Assembly (NCBI GenBank): GCA_030264375.1
Contig: JASCQW010000043.1
Coordinates: 32,271,960-32,333,335, forward strand
DNA length: 61,376 nucleotides
Origin: Carcharhinus longimanus
Lineage: Eukaryota
Direction of reading: 5' to 3'
Shown here: positions 48,305-60,283 of the stretch, piece by piece
Layout of the letters: each line of letters starts with the position of its first letter
Numbering within the stretch: the stretch's first letter is position 1
Translations under genes and position numbers: made by a program
Notes under the pieces: generated by a model
What the model saw: only the letters and a program-made list of their open reading frames with translations
Databases searched by the model: none
Told to the model about the DNA's origin: nothing

Positions 48305-48541
48305 GGGTGGCACGGTAGCACAGTGGTTAGTACTGCTGCTTCACAGCTCTAGGGACCTGTGTTCGATTCCTGGCTTGGGTCACTGTCTGTGTGGCACTTG
48401 CACATTCCCTTCATGTCTGTGTGGGTTTCCTCTGGAAGCTCCAGTTTCCTCCCACAGTCCAAAGATGTGTGGGTTAGGTTGATTGGCCATGCTAAAAGAA
48501 ACTGCCCCGTAGTGTCCTCAGATGTGTAGGTTAGGGGAATT
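48305..48541 (+). mobile_element. HE1-type V-SINE running into gap
   Basis: tRNA head and V-domain. Confidence 0.9.
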
Positions 48542-49082
48542 NNNNNNNNNNNNNNNNNNNNNNNNNNNNNNNNNNNNNNNNNNNNNNNNNNNNNNNNNNN
48601 NNNNNNNNNNNNNNNNNNNNNNNNNNNNNNNNNNNNNNNNNNNNNNNNNNNNNNNNNNNNNNNNNNNNNNNNNNNNNNNNNNNNNNNNNNNNNNNNNNNN
48701 NNNNNNNNNNNNNNNNNNNNNNNNNNNNNNNNNNNNNNNNNNNNNNNNNNNNNNNNNNNNNNNNNNNNNNNNNNNNNNNNNNNNNNNNNNNNNNNNNNNN
48801 NNNNNNNNNNNNNNNNNNNNNNNNNNNNNNNNNNNNNNNNNNNNNNNNNNNNNNNNNNNNNNNNNNNNNNNNNNNNNNNNNNNNNNNNNNNNNNNNNNNN
48901 NNNNNNNNNNNNNNNNNNNNNNNNNNNNNNNNNNNNNNNNNNNNNNNNNNNNNNNNNNNNNNNNNNNNNNNNNNNNNNNNNNNNNNNNNNNNNNNNNNNN
49001 NNNNNNNNNNNNNNNNNNNNNNNNNNNNNNNNNNNNNNNNNNNNNNNNNNNNNNNNNNNNNNNNNNNNNNNNNNNNNNNNNN

Positions 49083-49160
49083 TCCTTTCTGAGCGGGAAG
49101 AGTCTCTCCACCTCTATCCTATCCATCCCATTCATCATCTTATACGTCTCAATGAGATAT
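49083..49160 (-). mobile_element. CR1 fragment
   Basis: LIETYKMMNGMDRIEVERLFPL. Confidence 0.8.
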
Positions 49161-49865
49161 GCTTCTGTCATTATCTCCAAGTGTGAACATCTTACACATT
49201 ATTTCCAGCAAGAAACCCAGGTCTTCTCTTAACCTTTAACAGCCGCATCACTCAGGTCTGTTGTTAGGCAAACTTCAGAACTGGTCACATGATCCCTTTC
49301 ATTTTATCCTAAATTAAGTTTAACATAATTTTATAAACCTCGTATTTTAACATTAGAAAACTCTTCAATTTAAATATAACTTGTATATTTAAATTGGCTT
49401 ATGACTGGCATTCTTGCCAATTCCAATCTGACTACATCTTTGATGATGTTCCTCTGATACTTAAAAAAATCCTCATATAAATGGCATCATGTGTTTTTTG
49501 TAAAATAAAATAAAAATAGTTTAGAATGAACTTAACTACAATAAATATTATTGTATGTATTTATAATATTATGGACAATGTAATTTCTGCACTGTGGAGG
49601 ACAGAAAAACATAGTCTGTAGAATGTGACTCGTCCTGTCATTTAAATTATAATGTTATATTAAAATCTTGGAATTGTCTCCTCATTGCATTTGGAAGAGT
49701 CAGGAAGTTTTTTTCATAGGGATTCTTCTTTAATGTTTTACCAATGATTATTAGCCCCCAAGAGGTCAAGTAATTGGGGAAAGTCCACAATGGACCAAAT
49801 CATTCATGATTTGTGGGAGAAAGAGGTATTATACGTTGGGTGGACTATCTCCCAAAAAATTCTAA

Positions 49866-49999
49866 GGACGGAATTTTCCCATCCTGCCTGCCATGGGAAC
49901 CATAGTGGGTGGGGGGGGAAAGACAGACCATTCAAAGATCTATTGACTTCTGGCGAGAGTTTTTGGATTAGGGACAAGTGCAACCGCAAAATCCCACCG
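49866..49999. mobile_element. MITE, same family as 23353-23473
   Basis: TAA-GGACGGAATTTT ... AAAATCCCACCG-CAA; interior alignable by eye to the 23353 copy. Confidence 0.7.
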
Positions 50000-50019
50000 C
50001 AAATGGTAAATTAGTAAAT

Positions 50020-50270
50020 GTGGTAAATTGGATCAGCAAATTTGCTGATGATACAAAGATTGGAGGTGTAGTGGACAGTGAGGAAGGTTTTCANNNNNNN
50101 NNNNNNNNNNNNNNNNNNNNNNNNNNNNNNNNNNNNNNNNNNNNNNNNNNNNNNNNNNNNNNNNNNNNNNNNNNNNNNNNNNNNNNNNNNNNNACTAGGC
50201 AGAAAATGGTTCGGCACAGACAAGAAGGGCCAAAAGGCCTGTTTCTGAGCTGTAATTTTCTATGGTTCTA
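50020..50270 (+). mobile_element. CR1 LINE (RT motif, gap, 3' tail)
   Basis: ISKFADDTKIGGVVDSEEG; AAGGGCCAAAAGGCCTGTTTCTGAGCTGTAATTTTCTATG. Confidence 0.85.
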
Positions 50271-50471
50271 AGTGTGAAACATGTTTTTTCAATGAGCTGA
50301 GTCTCAGTAATGTATGGCAATAGAGAGGCCATCAGGACACTCATGCCAGTGGGGGTGGGGTGGGGTGAAGTCAAACCTGCCAGAGAGCCTAGCAGAAGAG
50401 TGCTCAAGGCACCATTGTGCATATGCCCAATCTGCTGGGATAGTGGGAAATCTGTTTGCTTCACTCCCCGA

Positions 50472-50632
50472 CGGACATCGCTGAGCTGTCAGCCTTCGCA
50501 CGCAGCCCCCCATCCCGATCATTGCCAGGCTCTCAGCTCCCAGCCTCCTTGGACATCGCTAGACTCTCAATCACTGTGTTCTCAACACCACCCCCCCCTT
50601 CCCCAGACATCGCTGGGCTCTCAACCACTCAC
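50472..50632 (+). repeat. Degenerate GC-rich tandem repeat
   Basis: GACATCGCTGGGCTCTCA-like unit about four times with C-rich spacers. Confidence 0.65.
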
Positions 50633-50645
50633 CAAAGACACCACA

Positions 50646-51374
50646 GAGTCATAGCGTCATAGAGGTTTACAGCATGGAAACAGGTCCTTTGGCCTAACTT
50701 GTCCATGCCGCCCTTATTTTTTTTAAAAAACCCCTAAGCTAATCCCAATTGCCTGCATGTAACTATCTAAATGCTTTTTAAAAGATAAAATTATACCCAC
50801 CTCTACTATTACTTCTGATAGCTTGTTCCAGACACTCAACAGTCTGTGTGAAAAAATTGCCCCTCTGGACACTTTTGTATCTCTCACCTTAAATCTATGC
50901 CCTCTAGTTTTAGACTGTCCTACATTTGGGAAAAGATATTGACTACCTACCTTGTCTATTGCCCTCATTATTTTATAGACCTCTATAAGATCACCCCTCA
51001 GCCTCCTGTGCTCTAGAGAAAANNNNNNNNNNNNNNNNNNNNNNNNNNNNNNNNNNNNNNNNNNNNNNNNNNNNNNNNNNNNNNNNNNNNNNNNNNNNNN
51101 NNNNNNNNNNNNNNNNNNNNNNNNNNNNNNNNNNNNNNNNNNNNNNNNNNNNNNNNNNNNNNNNNNNNNNNNNNNNNNNNNNNNNNNNNNNNNNNNNNNN
51201 NNNNNNNNNNNNNNNNNNNNNNNNNNNNNNNNNNNNNNNNNNNNNNNNNTCTGTCCACCTGTGACTTCACTTTCAAGGAGCTATGAACCTGTACCCCTAG
51301 ATCTCTTTGTTCTATAACTCTCCCCAGTGGCCTACCGTTAACTGAGTAAGCCCTGCCCTGGTTCAATCTACCAA
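50646..51374 (-). mobile_element. CR1 (HER1-like) LINE 3' portion, same subfamily as 23575-24249
   Basis: EQRDLGVQVHSSLKVKSQVDR; KTRGHRFKVR; VWNKL; tail reads GAGTCATAG on the plus strand. Confidence 0.9.
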
Positions 51375-51733
51375 TCTACCATCATCTACCCCCAGCCTCA
51401 CACAGATCCCCCGATCACAGACCCCTTCCTATTGCCATCCTCCTGATCACTGGCCCTGACTACAGACCGGCGGCCTCAACTGCCGATCGCCGGTCACACT
51501 ACCAGCCCCTATCCCCACCATTGCAGAGTTACCCCTTCCTTCCCCTCCTATCGAAACTTGTGCAGACTCTGTGTGTAACAGAATCAGGCAGCTTCTAACA
51601 ACTAACAAGCTGTACAAATGTATTACAAAGCTCATGCTTTAGCAGAGTTGACCTTTACAATTGTACACTGTCTTCATGTCAACAAGCAAGAGGTAACCAA
51701 ACCACTGAAATCAGTGACAGAATGTTTTAAAAA

Positions 51734-52026
51734 GGGTGGCACAGTGCTTTGCACTACTGCCTCACAACGCCAGCGACCCGGGTTCGATTCCTAGCTTAGG
51801 TCACTGCCTGTGTGGAGTCTGCACATTCTTTCCATGTCTGTGTGGGCTTGCTCTGGCTGCTTTGGTTTCCTTCCACAGTACAAAAGACGTGCTGGTCAGA
51901 TGCATTGGCCATGCTAAATTCTCCCTCAGTGTACTCGAAAAGGCTCCGGTGTATGGCGATTCAAGGATTTTCACAGTAACTTCATTGCTGTGTTAGTGTA
52001 AGCCTACTTGTGACACTAACAAAATA
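51734..52026 (+). mobile_element. V-SINE with alternative 3' tail
   Basis: Same architecture as 36157-36443. Confidence 0.85.
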
Positions 52027-54224
52027 AGCTTAAACTTTTCAGGTCTGTTATTGTGTTCAAGTGTTCTGTCATTAACATGAATGAGCCAATTTTAGCACAC
52101 AGTTATCCTGTACATATCTAGAAAGAGTATTCTTGATTATAATGGATAAGCAGAAAATGCATTTGAAACTTATTCTCAATAATGCAGGAACTCTGAGGAG
52201 AATAACAAAAAGGCAATAAACATGAATCATCAAGCACAATGGACAATGTGATTGCTGAAATCATTATGGATTGTAATCTGTAACTCCTATACATTGTAGG
52301 TGAGAGAAATGTCCAGTTCTAAAATGGAGCCCCCACATTAGCTCTTCAGAGGACACATCTTGTTACTAAGCAACTATTTGTTTCTCGTCTCAATAAGTGA
52401 ACATTCTTACTTCTCTGTGGTATGACCAAAGCTGAAACCGAACCATATGGAGATAAATCTTCATGTAATAATACTATAGCGTATTTATAACGAGTGAAAC
52501 ATTTACAATATAGAAGAACCAGTAAAGAAACATCTATGTTTTATGCTATACCACTTCAAACAATCAGTGTAGTAGTCAGATACATTTCAAATATAAATAA
52601 TTCTTCCACAAGAGTTCTCTTGGGATAGAAATAATTATTTTCCTCAGTGCTCTGGAGGTAATGCAGAAATTATTTCAAGTCAATCCGTGTACATCTAAAA
52701 ACTCTCCAGAGATTTATTCATGATGAGCATATTTTATTCTTAAGCCAAATTCCCTGACTTTAGTGTCTTAACCATATTATGATTAACACAGATGTTCACT
52801 ATAGTAACTGCAATTCACTTTTCTTTGTCATTCACATTTTTTAAATCATTAAAGTACAATTCGTTCTAAGTATTAGCTTTCCTTTTTGCATAATGTCCAT
52901 CAGATGTTCGCATATCCAAAGTCCCAAAATATGAAATACAGTAAATTTTGCATAATTTTCAATTTTTTTTAAAGCAGTTATAACTTTTAAAGGAGGTTAT
53001 CATTTATGTCATGTTCATTATTAGGAATGGCAGCTTCTTTAGAATTTGACAAGTGTTATTCGTGTCAGAATAATGAAAGAAAATAAACTCTTGAATAAAT
53101 GGAGGTCCAAATCCAATGCCATTTGCAACAAGTACAAATTATGAACTGTACCATTTTAAGATAGTGTAAAATTGTATTATTTAATAATGAATAAGGTTTC
53201 AGTCATGACTAAAATGAAGATCACAATTGTCTTGTGACTTTACAATCATAACCACTGGATGAAATTCAGACCCCATTTATGCAATTTTTAAATGATTTAT
53301 TATTAGCAATTAAAAGGCTCTTTAATCTCCAATTTTTCAATCCAATGTTTGGGAATGACAGACAGTCGCTTTAGCATATGCTGAAGTACTGTCAATACAA
53401 TAATGTCACCAAACATGCAGGTATTGCTATTTGTATGTTGTGTTTGTGCTGACAGAGGTGTGCAGTTAGCTGAAGAAACAAAGTTTAAATTTCCTTTGCC
53501 ACTGCCTAAGTGCCAAACTGGCATAGCCCTTACAGCATTCTTTTACTGGATCCATCTCATGTTGTTTCCAAATGAAACTAAAATTGTGTAGGTTTTGTTT
53601 TGGGGAATGATAGAGTGCCGTGTTGCACCTGCTTACTTCCCAGGAAGCAATGAGGAAAATATATCTCATGTTATCTAAAGCATGTATTCTGTAATCTAAC
53701 CAGCTCACAAGCAACATGACAGATCTGCAGAGTTCCTTCCATCCTGTAGGTAGTTCTGGAACCTGAGCTTCATAAATAGCTGTCTCTCACAATTATATGC
53801 AAAATGTATTTTAGTAAACTTACTGTAATCAGTGGGGCCAACATTGATTGCCTCTCAGGAACAATATGGTATTGGGCTAAAAATGGCAGTGTGACATTTA
53901 CCAGCCTTTTGCTATTCCTGTCCTTCTCTTCATATGGCTGCTGCCATTCTTATGAGATCCTTCACAATGGAGACTCGGGTATCTACCTACCTCTTTCAGG
54001 GAGGAGCCAATTTACAGGATGTTAATTTGGTCCCTAATTCAAACATAAGACCCCATTGCAATCTTTGAGGTAGCTCTTTGTGGACAGAGCATGAGTCTAT
54101 CTCTGCTCATTTACTGCTGAAATGCTCAGCCATGCCTTTGTAGATATGAGGACATCAATATTCTCTCAAGTTTCATTCACCCATCAACACTATGCCCACT
54201 GAGCTACTGGTCTGGCAATTGTTC

Positions 54225-55040
54225 AGTTTTATTTTTTAACCTTATTTTCAAAACACTTCCTGGCTTTGGCCTTCCTATCTTTGTAACCCCATTCAATCCC
54301 ACAACCCTCCAAGATCAATGCACACCTTCAGTTCCGGCCTCTTGCTCATCCCCACATTTAAGTGCTTCACCATTGATTGCTGTGCCTTTCCCTGTCTAAA
54401 CCCTAAGCTATGGTATTCCATTCAACTGCTGTTCAGGATGATAAGATGTTATATGAATGCAAGTATTATTTACTATCAATCATGCTTTAGTTCCACTAGA
54501 CTATCCCAACTCACTCCTAATTGGCTTCCCACATATGACACTCCATAAACTTGAGGTGATCCCAAACTCTGCTGTCCATGTCTTAACTTGCACAAGGTCC
54601 CATTTCCCTATCAGCCTTCTGCTTGCTAACTACATGGGTTCCTGATCAAGTAATATCTTTGTTTACAAATCCTTCTATGGCCTCTCCTCTGTGTATCTCA
54701 GTAATCTCTTCCAGCCCCACAACTCTCCAAGATGCCTGTGCTCTTCTAACTCTGGCATCCTGAGAATTCCACATTTAAACAGTTCTATATTGGTGGTAAC
54801 ACCTTCAGTTTCCTTTACTCCCAAGCTCTGGAATACCCTCCATACACCTCTCCAACTTTCTAAGGCTTTTTCCTCCTTGAAAATGCTCCTTAAGACCTAC
54901 CTCTTTGTCCAAGGTTTTGTCCATCTGTCCAAATATTTCTTTTTGTGACTTGGTGTTCTATTTTGTTCAACACTGTTCCTGTAAAGTGCCTTGGAACATT
55001 TTACCATATAAATGTGCTTTATAAATGCAAATTTTTTTTG
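54225..55040 (+). mobile_element. L2 LINE 3' fragments (two adjacent copies)
   Basis: LSNLFQPHNSPRCLCSSNSGIL...PKLWNTL...LLKTYLF; CCCTAAGCTATGG; TATAAATGCAA tail. Confidence 0.8.
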
Positions 55041-55629
55041 TTATATTGGGATCAGTTGTAAATGACTTAAGCAGCAATTCTAAAGAACCATTCTATGTCA
55101 ATCAGAAAAAAGGCAAGTGCCAGTTCTTTTTTTAATAGATTTTTTGTGGAGGCAGGCGAAGCAATAAAAGAAGATGCATCCCTCTCCATGCCTGTAATTG
55201 CCTCCCTCCCTTTACACATTACTTCCAACTAGGTTGCAAGGTGGGAACATCAGATTCGATACCCATCCCAATGGGCAAGTTGCCCCTGACAACTTGTTCA
55301 GCACTCACAGCTTATCAATCAGAAGATACTCAACCCTCAAGACAGCTTGGGCTTTATGTTGAGGGCATCAGGTGGGTGACATCCTGCCTCTGTCTGCCCA
55401 ATGTGTGCTGATATTTAATGTTGATCCCAGTAAGTTTGCCGCACCTCTTTGGAGTGAATGATGGTAAATAATACTTGCATTCATACAACATCTTATCATT
55501 CTGAACATTTGTGAGTGTTTCACTCCACAAGTATTAGTGTGGCTGCCACACGTGAGTGGGTCCGTACCATTAATCCCATTAGCATCTGAAATAGGAACTG
55601 CTCAGTAATGTGCAAAAGTCTGAGATCAC

Positions 55630-55858
55630 CTATCAACAACTCAAGAACAACTTCTTCCCTGCTGCCAGCAGACTTTTGAATGGACCTACTATCTATTAGG
55701 CTGATCTTTCTCTACACCCTATCTGTGACTGTAACACTACCTCTCTTTTCCTTCTCCCCTAAGTACTCTATGAATGGTATGCTTTGTCTGTGTAGCACTC
55801 AAGAAACAATACTTTTCATTGTAACCCAAAACATGTGACAATAATAAATCAAATCAAA
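55630..55858 (+). mobile_element. Rex1/Babar 3' end
   Basis: CTCAAGAACAACTTCTTCCCTGCTGCC...AATAAATCAAATCAAA. Confidence 0.82.
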
Positions 55859-56564
55859 ACCACAATGTTTAAAATCTACTGTTAACCAATTGTTGCAAGT
55901 GTTGCTGCAATGGAGCAGCAGGAAACAAGAAAATGATGGATCAAATTTTGCTTGACTTGGGTATCTTGTAGCATATCCCGTTAGTTAGATTTCCTTTTAC
56001 AAATTTCAGCTCAATTTGTTTAGCTATGTAATCTGCTGGAACTGCAGTGAAGCATCTGGAAGTGTGCAGAAAAATGGAACTAACAACTTATCTCCTTGAG
56101 AAAGAAACAGGGATGATGAGAAATAAATAGGATGAATTAAAGCCAAATCAGATACAGAAGGAAAACAAAAAGAGGGAATGAAATACTGAATTAGAGAATA
56201 AAATGAGACAGAAAAATGTGATTTTCAAAAAAAATATATTTTAAAAAATCTTGAGCAACACCTGTAGGAATAAGACTTCACAATATAACTTATTTTCTTA
56301 CCGGGCTGGAGGGGTTTATTGGCATTGCAAGCACATAAATCACCTAATTAAAAAGTTAATCACACTATTAAGTAACAGCCCACATTCTGTGCAGCAAGAT
56401 TAATTGGCAATTAATGCACAAATGCAACAATCTCAAGAAACTGACAAGAAGTTTGAGGGGAAGTTTCTGTTTTCATGAGGTAGTGGATGAGTGGTGCAAA
56501 CTGTCCAGCAAAATATGGTGATACAAAATTCATAGGTTGTGTCATCCTTGTTATGAGTACTGTC

Positions 56565-56615
56565 CTGTCCAGCCCACTGTGATTCCTGTGGTGAATGGGA
56601 TGGAAAATTCCACCC
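56565..56615 (-). mobile_element. Half MITE of the 23353/49866 family
   Basis: Reverse complement GGGTGGAATTTTCCATCCCATTCACCACAGGAATCACAGTGGG. Confidence 0.55.
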
Positions 56616-56619
56616 ATAA

Positions 56620-57003
56620 AGTCAGATACGAGCAGAATAGATGCTTTCCATAATGGACGTCTAAAGAAAATCTCCCACATTTCCTGGTGAAACAAAAGCT
56701 TCAACTTAGACGTGCATGAAAAAGCTGGCTATTATATCATTACAAATGAGGTCAAATATCGCTGACTCCACTGGCTTGACCACATGTTCGGAATGCCACT
56801 AGAGAGAATAGCCAAAGTGGCCTTTAGACGGGTACCACCAGAGAATAGAAGCCCAGGCAGACCAAAGGCTACATGGCGTAGAACTGTGCTAGCAGAACTG
56901 AGTGAGATGGGGCTCACATGGGCGAAGCACGAAATGTAGCTAAAGATAGAGAAAGGTGGCGTAAGCTCACCGCAGCCTTATGTTTCTCAAGTAAATAAGT
57001 AAG
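56620..57003 (+). mobile_element. RTE-clade LINE 3' end
   Basis: WLDHMFGMPLERIAKVAFRRVPPENRSPGRPKATWRRTVLAELSEMGLTW; (TAAG)-type tail. Confidence 0.82.
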
Positions 57004-57132
57004 GTGGTGAACAGAACAAATAAATTTGCATTCTTTCTTTCCAGAATAAATCCCTTTATGAGATTAGAATGCAGAGAAATTGACAGAGATTTGAGTTGGA
57101 AGCGCTAAAGAAAGCAATTTATTATAATTATA

Positions 57133-57580
57133 AATTGCATTTACGTACTGCATTTCACAGATTTAGGCTGCTCCAATGCGCTTTACAAACAATAAAATAT
57201 TCCTGAGGTGTAGTCATCGCTTACTGTAGGATTCTTTTGTTTGGGTCAACGATTTCCAACTGCGTATGGTCGAGTCTTGAAACCAAGAGAGCTCACGGTC
57301 AGTTTAGACCACTTGTTTTTGTGATGTTGATTGAAGGATAAACATCAGCCATGTAAACTTCCCTGTTCTTTGAAATAATGCCACAGGATCTTTTACATCC
57401 ACCCAATGGAACAGACAGAGTCTCAGTTTTATATGAAACACAACATCTCTAACAGTGCAGCAATCTCACTGATGCCCGAAAGTGTCACCAGAGATTTTTG
57501 TGTTTAAGTATGTGGAGTTGGACTTGAACCCAGAACATTTGGATTCACAGTCAGGGTACTACCAATTGAGCCATGGCTGA
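57133..57580 (-). mobile_element. DeuSINE (SacSINE1-like)
   Basis: Minus-strand tRNA head TCAGCCATGGCTCAATTGGTAG...GGGTTCAAGTCC; Deu domain GGGTGGATGTAAAAGATCC.GTGGCA.TATTT; L2-like tail TAAATGCAA. Confidence 0.8.
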
Positions 57581-57639
57581 CAACTTAAAGGTGAGTTGTG
57601 GAAAGTCAGGACTTTAATAAAGAAGCATGATATAATAAC

Positions 57640-57900
57640 CCGATGTTCTCAGTCTTGATCATTTCAATTTAGCCAGTACCCTCAGCTTTTGGGAGAGAAA
57701 TTCCCAGTTTTGACTTCCCTTTGTGTGAAGAAATTCTTCTAAATTTGATGTCTAAATGCCTAGCTCAAATATTAATACTGTTCCCTCATTTTGGATTCCC
57801 TCAGCAGGGGGAAAATCGTCTGCCCATATATCCTGTTGAACCTCGATATCATTTTAAACATTCAACTTTGTAAACTCAAAGGAATACAAACCTAGTCAAT
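57640..57900 (-). mobile_element. CR1 fragment, degenerate
   Basis: CCCTTTGTGTGAAGAAATTCTT (reverse of NFFTQR)...AAACTCAAAGGAATACAA. Confidence 0.6.
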
Positions 57901-58036
57901 GCGAGAGCTTCTGAAACTGGGGGTCCATGAACCCCAGGGAGTCTCCGAAGACAGGTCCAGCCACGCAATGGTAACATGTGTGACCATGACCATATCAAGA
58001 ATAATCAAATGAGCAGCATTTGAAATGGAATGCTAC

Positions 58037-58338
58037 CTCTGGGTTCTTGCTCTTCCCAGATCCCTTGCTTTCTCTGAGTCCCTGACCTCCCTGGATTGCT
58101 GTTCTCTCTTGGCTCCTGCTGTCTCCAGGCTCCTGCTCTCACTGTATTTCTACTTTTCCTGGGTTTCTGCCTTCTCTGGATCTCTTCTCCCTCAGGATTC
58201 CACTCTCTCCTCACTCCTACTCCCTCCAGTTTCCTCCTCTTTCTGATTCCTTGACTCTCAAGTCTCTGCTCTTTCTCAACCATTGATCTCTCTGGATTTC
58301 TGCTCCCTCTAGGTCATTGCTTTCTGTGGGCTCCTGCA
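58037..58338 (+). repeat. Degenerate pyrimidine-rich minisatellite, about 16-bp unit
   Basis: CTCTGGGTTCTTGCTC / CTCTTGGCTCCTGCTG / CTCTGGATTTCTGCTC-like units repeated. Confidence 0.75.
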
Positions 58339-59175
58339 CATGATGTTATCACAATACATGGTTTCCTCATTTGCCACTCCTGCCTGCAAATGGCAACTTT
58401 GCCTCTTTAAGGAAGCTTAGTATTAGAGTAACTATCAGTGGGATGCATAATTCATGTCTGAACCTACTTTTTTGGATCTGGTTGACTTCTTGGCTCTCGT
58501 CTCTTTGTTTTCAAAGTCAGAGCTTGCTTTAAAATCTGACTCAATCCATTAACTAATCACTGGCACTGGGACATGTTGGACACATCATATAGTTCTTCAA
58601 TCACAGGCTCAAGGTGTTTTCGGAGGTGGTGTTCCAAATCACTTGTCATTCAAAGATAATATTGGTCTTCTCGGCTATGATGCCAAAAGGAAACATTGAC
58701 TCAAAAACAAGATTTTTACCAATTGACTATGAATCTGGCCTGTTTCCTGTATGATTCCTGATGTACAATATAAATCAAAAAGGATTTATACTGTATATCA
58801 GTACAGTACATAAAAAAAGTTTGTTTGAGGCTTAGAAGGCAACTTAGTAGAAATTCCTGGTCATATTAAGTACAAGTTTAGATAAATATAAAGTTGATTG
58901 AAAAACTTGTACATAAAATGTCACAATTGGCTCATCATGCTTAATGTAATCTAAATTTGAATCCTGTGTTTATTCATTCACTGTTTTAAGTTTTGGGTTA
59001 CAGATCTTGCCATGCACTGTACATTGAGAGGGATAAATGGCATGTATTTGTGAATTAATTGCAGCTACCATCTTGTGACATAAAGTTGTGTTTGGTTTAA
59101 ATAACTTCACAAAGTGATCATGTAAAAGTAATGTATTCTGGCAGTGATTCAAAGTTGGTTAAATAGCCTTGATCA

Positions 59176-59400
59176 GGGCTCTCCCAATGGCTCAATGAGT
59201 TTATCCAGTAAGACATACAGACCAGTAAAGGTCACCAGTTCAATTCCCAGACTGTAGTGAGTTAGCTGACCTCAGCTAGGGAAGTGAGTGGAGGTGTCCA
59301 GCAGTCTTGGTCTTGGTGACCTCTGCTGGAAGTGCACATACGTGAGTATCAAATATGGGCAAAAACTGGCCTTGGATAGATTTTCTTCTTCACTGCTCAG
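59176..59400 (+). mobile_element. Degenerate tRNA-derived SINE (further family)
   Basis: TGGCTCAATGAGT A-box-like and AGTTCAATTCCC B-box-like, then GAGTTAGCTGACCTCAGC. Confidence 0.5.
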
Positions 59401-59624
59401 GCTGAAGCATCGTTTGAGCGAAGCACAGAGAAAATATCAAGCAAACAGAATTACACACTGATAACAGAGCCTGTCCATATTTACCCCCACTAAAATAAAA
59501 GGAAGGGAATTTTGATGATTTCTGTAAAAGGAGAGTAATGCTCTCCACCTGATTTTCCCAACTGTGCTCTGCCCAGGGGACGCTTATTGCCCAAGTGGCA
59601 TGTCAAAAAATCTGTGTCCCTATT

Positions 59625-60061
59625 ATCCTGAGGAGAAGGTTCATGGAGTTTAAAATCCATTCAGTTCTAAAATGCTCATCTTTGTTTTCATATCCTCCCC
59701 TGGCCTTTCCCCTCCCTACTTCTGTAACCTCCTCCAGTTTTATCCTCCAAGATCTCTGCACTCCTTCAACTCTGCCCTTTTGCACATCCCCAATTTTAAT
59801 TGCTCCAACATAGGCAGCCAGGGCTTCAATTGCCTCGGCCCTAAGCTCTGGAACTTGCTCGCTAAATCTCTTGCCTGCCTAAACCTCTTTCCTCTTTTAA
59901 GACGCTCCTTAAAAATTACCTCTTTGAACAAACTTTTGACATCTGCTCTAATACCTCCTTATATGGCTCAGTGTCAAATTTTGCAGATAACACGGCAGCA
60001 AAGTGCCTGGGGATGGTTTGCTTCTTTAAAGTTGCTAAGTAAATGCAAGTTGTTGTTGTTG
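59625..60061 (+). mobile_element. L2 LINE 3' end
   Basis: PPYFCNLLQFYPPRSLHS...GSQGFNCLGPKLWNLL; tail TAAATGCAAGTTGTTGTTGTTG. Confidence 0.85.
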
Positions 60062-60270
60062 TATAGTCTAAAGTGCAGATTGTTAGTGTTATATAGGTTT
60101 ATGTTGGTTGGGCTGTAGCTTCTGAAGAAGACATTGCCAAACATAATTTTACACAAATGACCTGACATGTGCCAAATAATTTCCAAATGATGAATAGGAA
60201 ACTAGTCCTCTTCAAGAAATATTGGAGTAATTAATGTTAAACACGGGACAGACAATAAAAAATGTAGCAT

Positions 60271-60283
60271 CCACTAGGTGTCA
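60271..60283 (+). promoter_or_regulatory. Candidate CTCF site
   Basis: CCACTAGGTGTCA is close to the CTCF core CCACYAGGTGGCA. Confidence 0.4.

Noticed and set aside
48518-49232. Longest ORFs in the track (220 and 236 aa)
   Set aside because: Almost entirely N-gap read-through
50472-50632. CRISPR-like repeat-spacer pattern
   Set aside because: Vertebrate DNA, degenerate repeats, irregular low-complexity spacers, no cas genes
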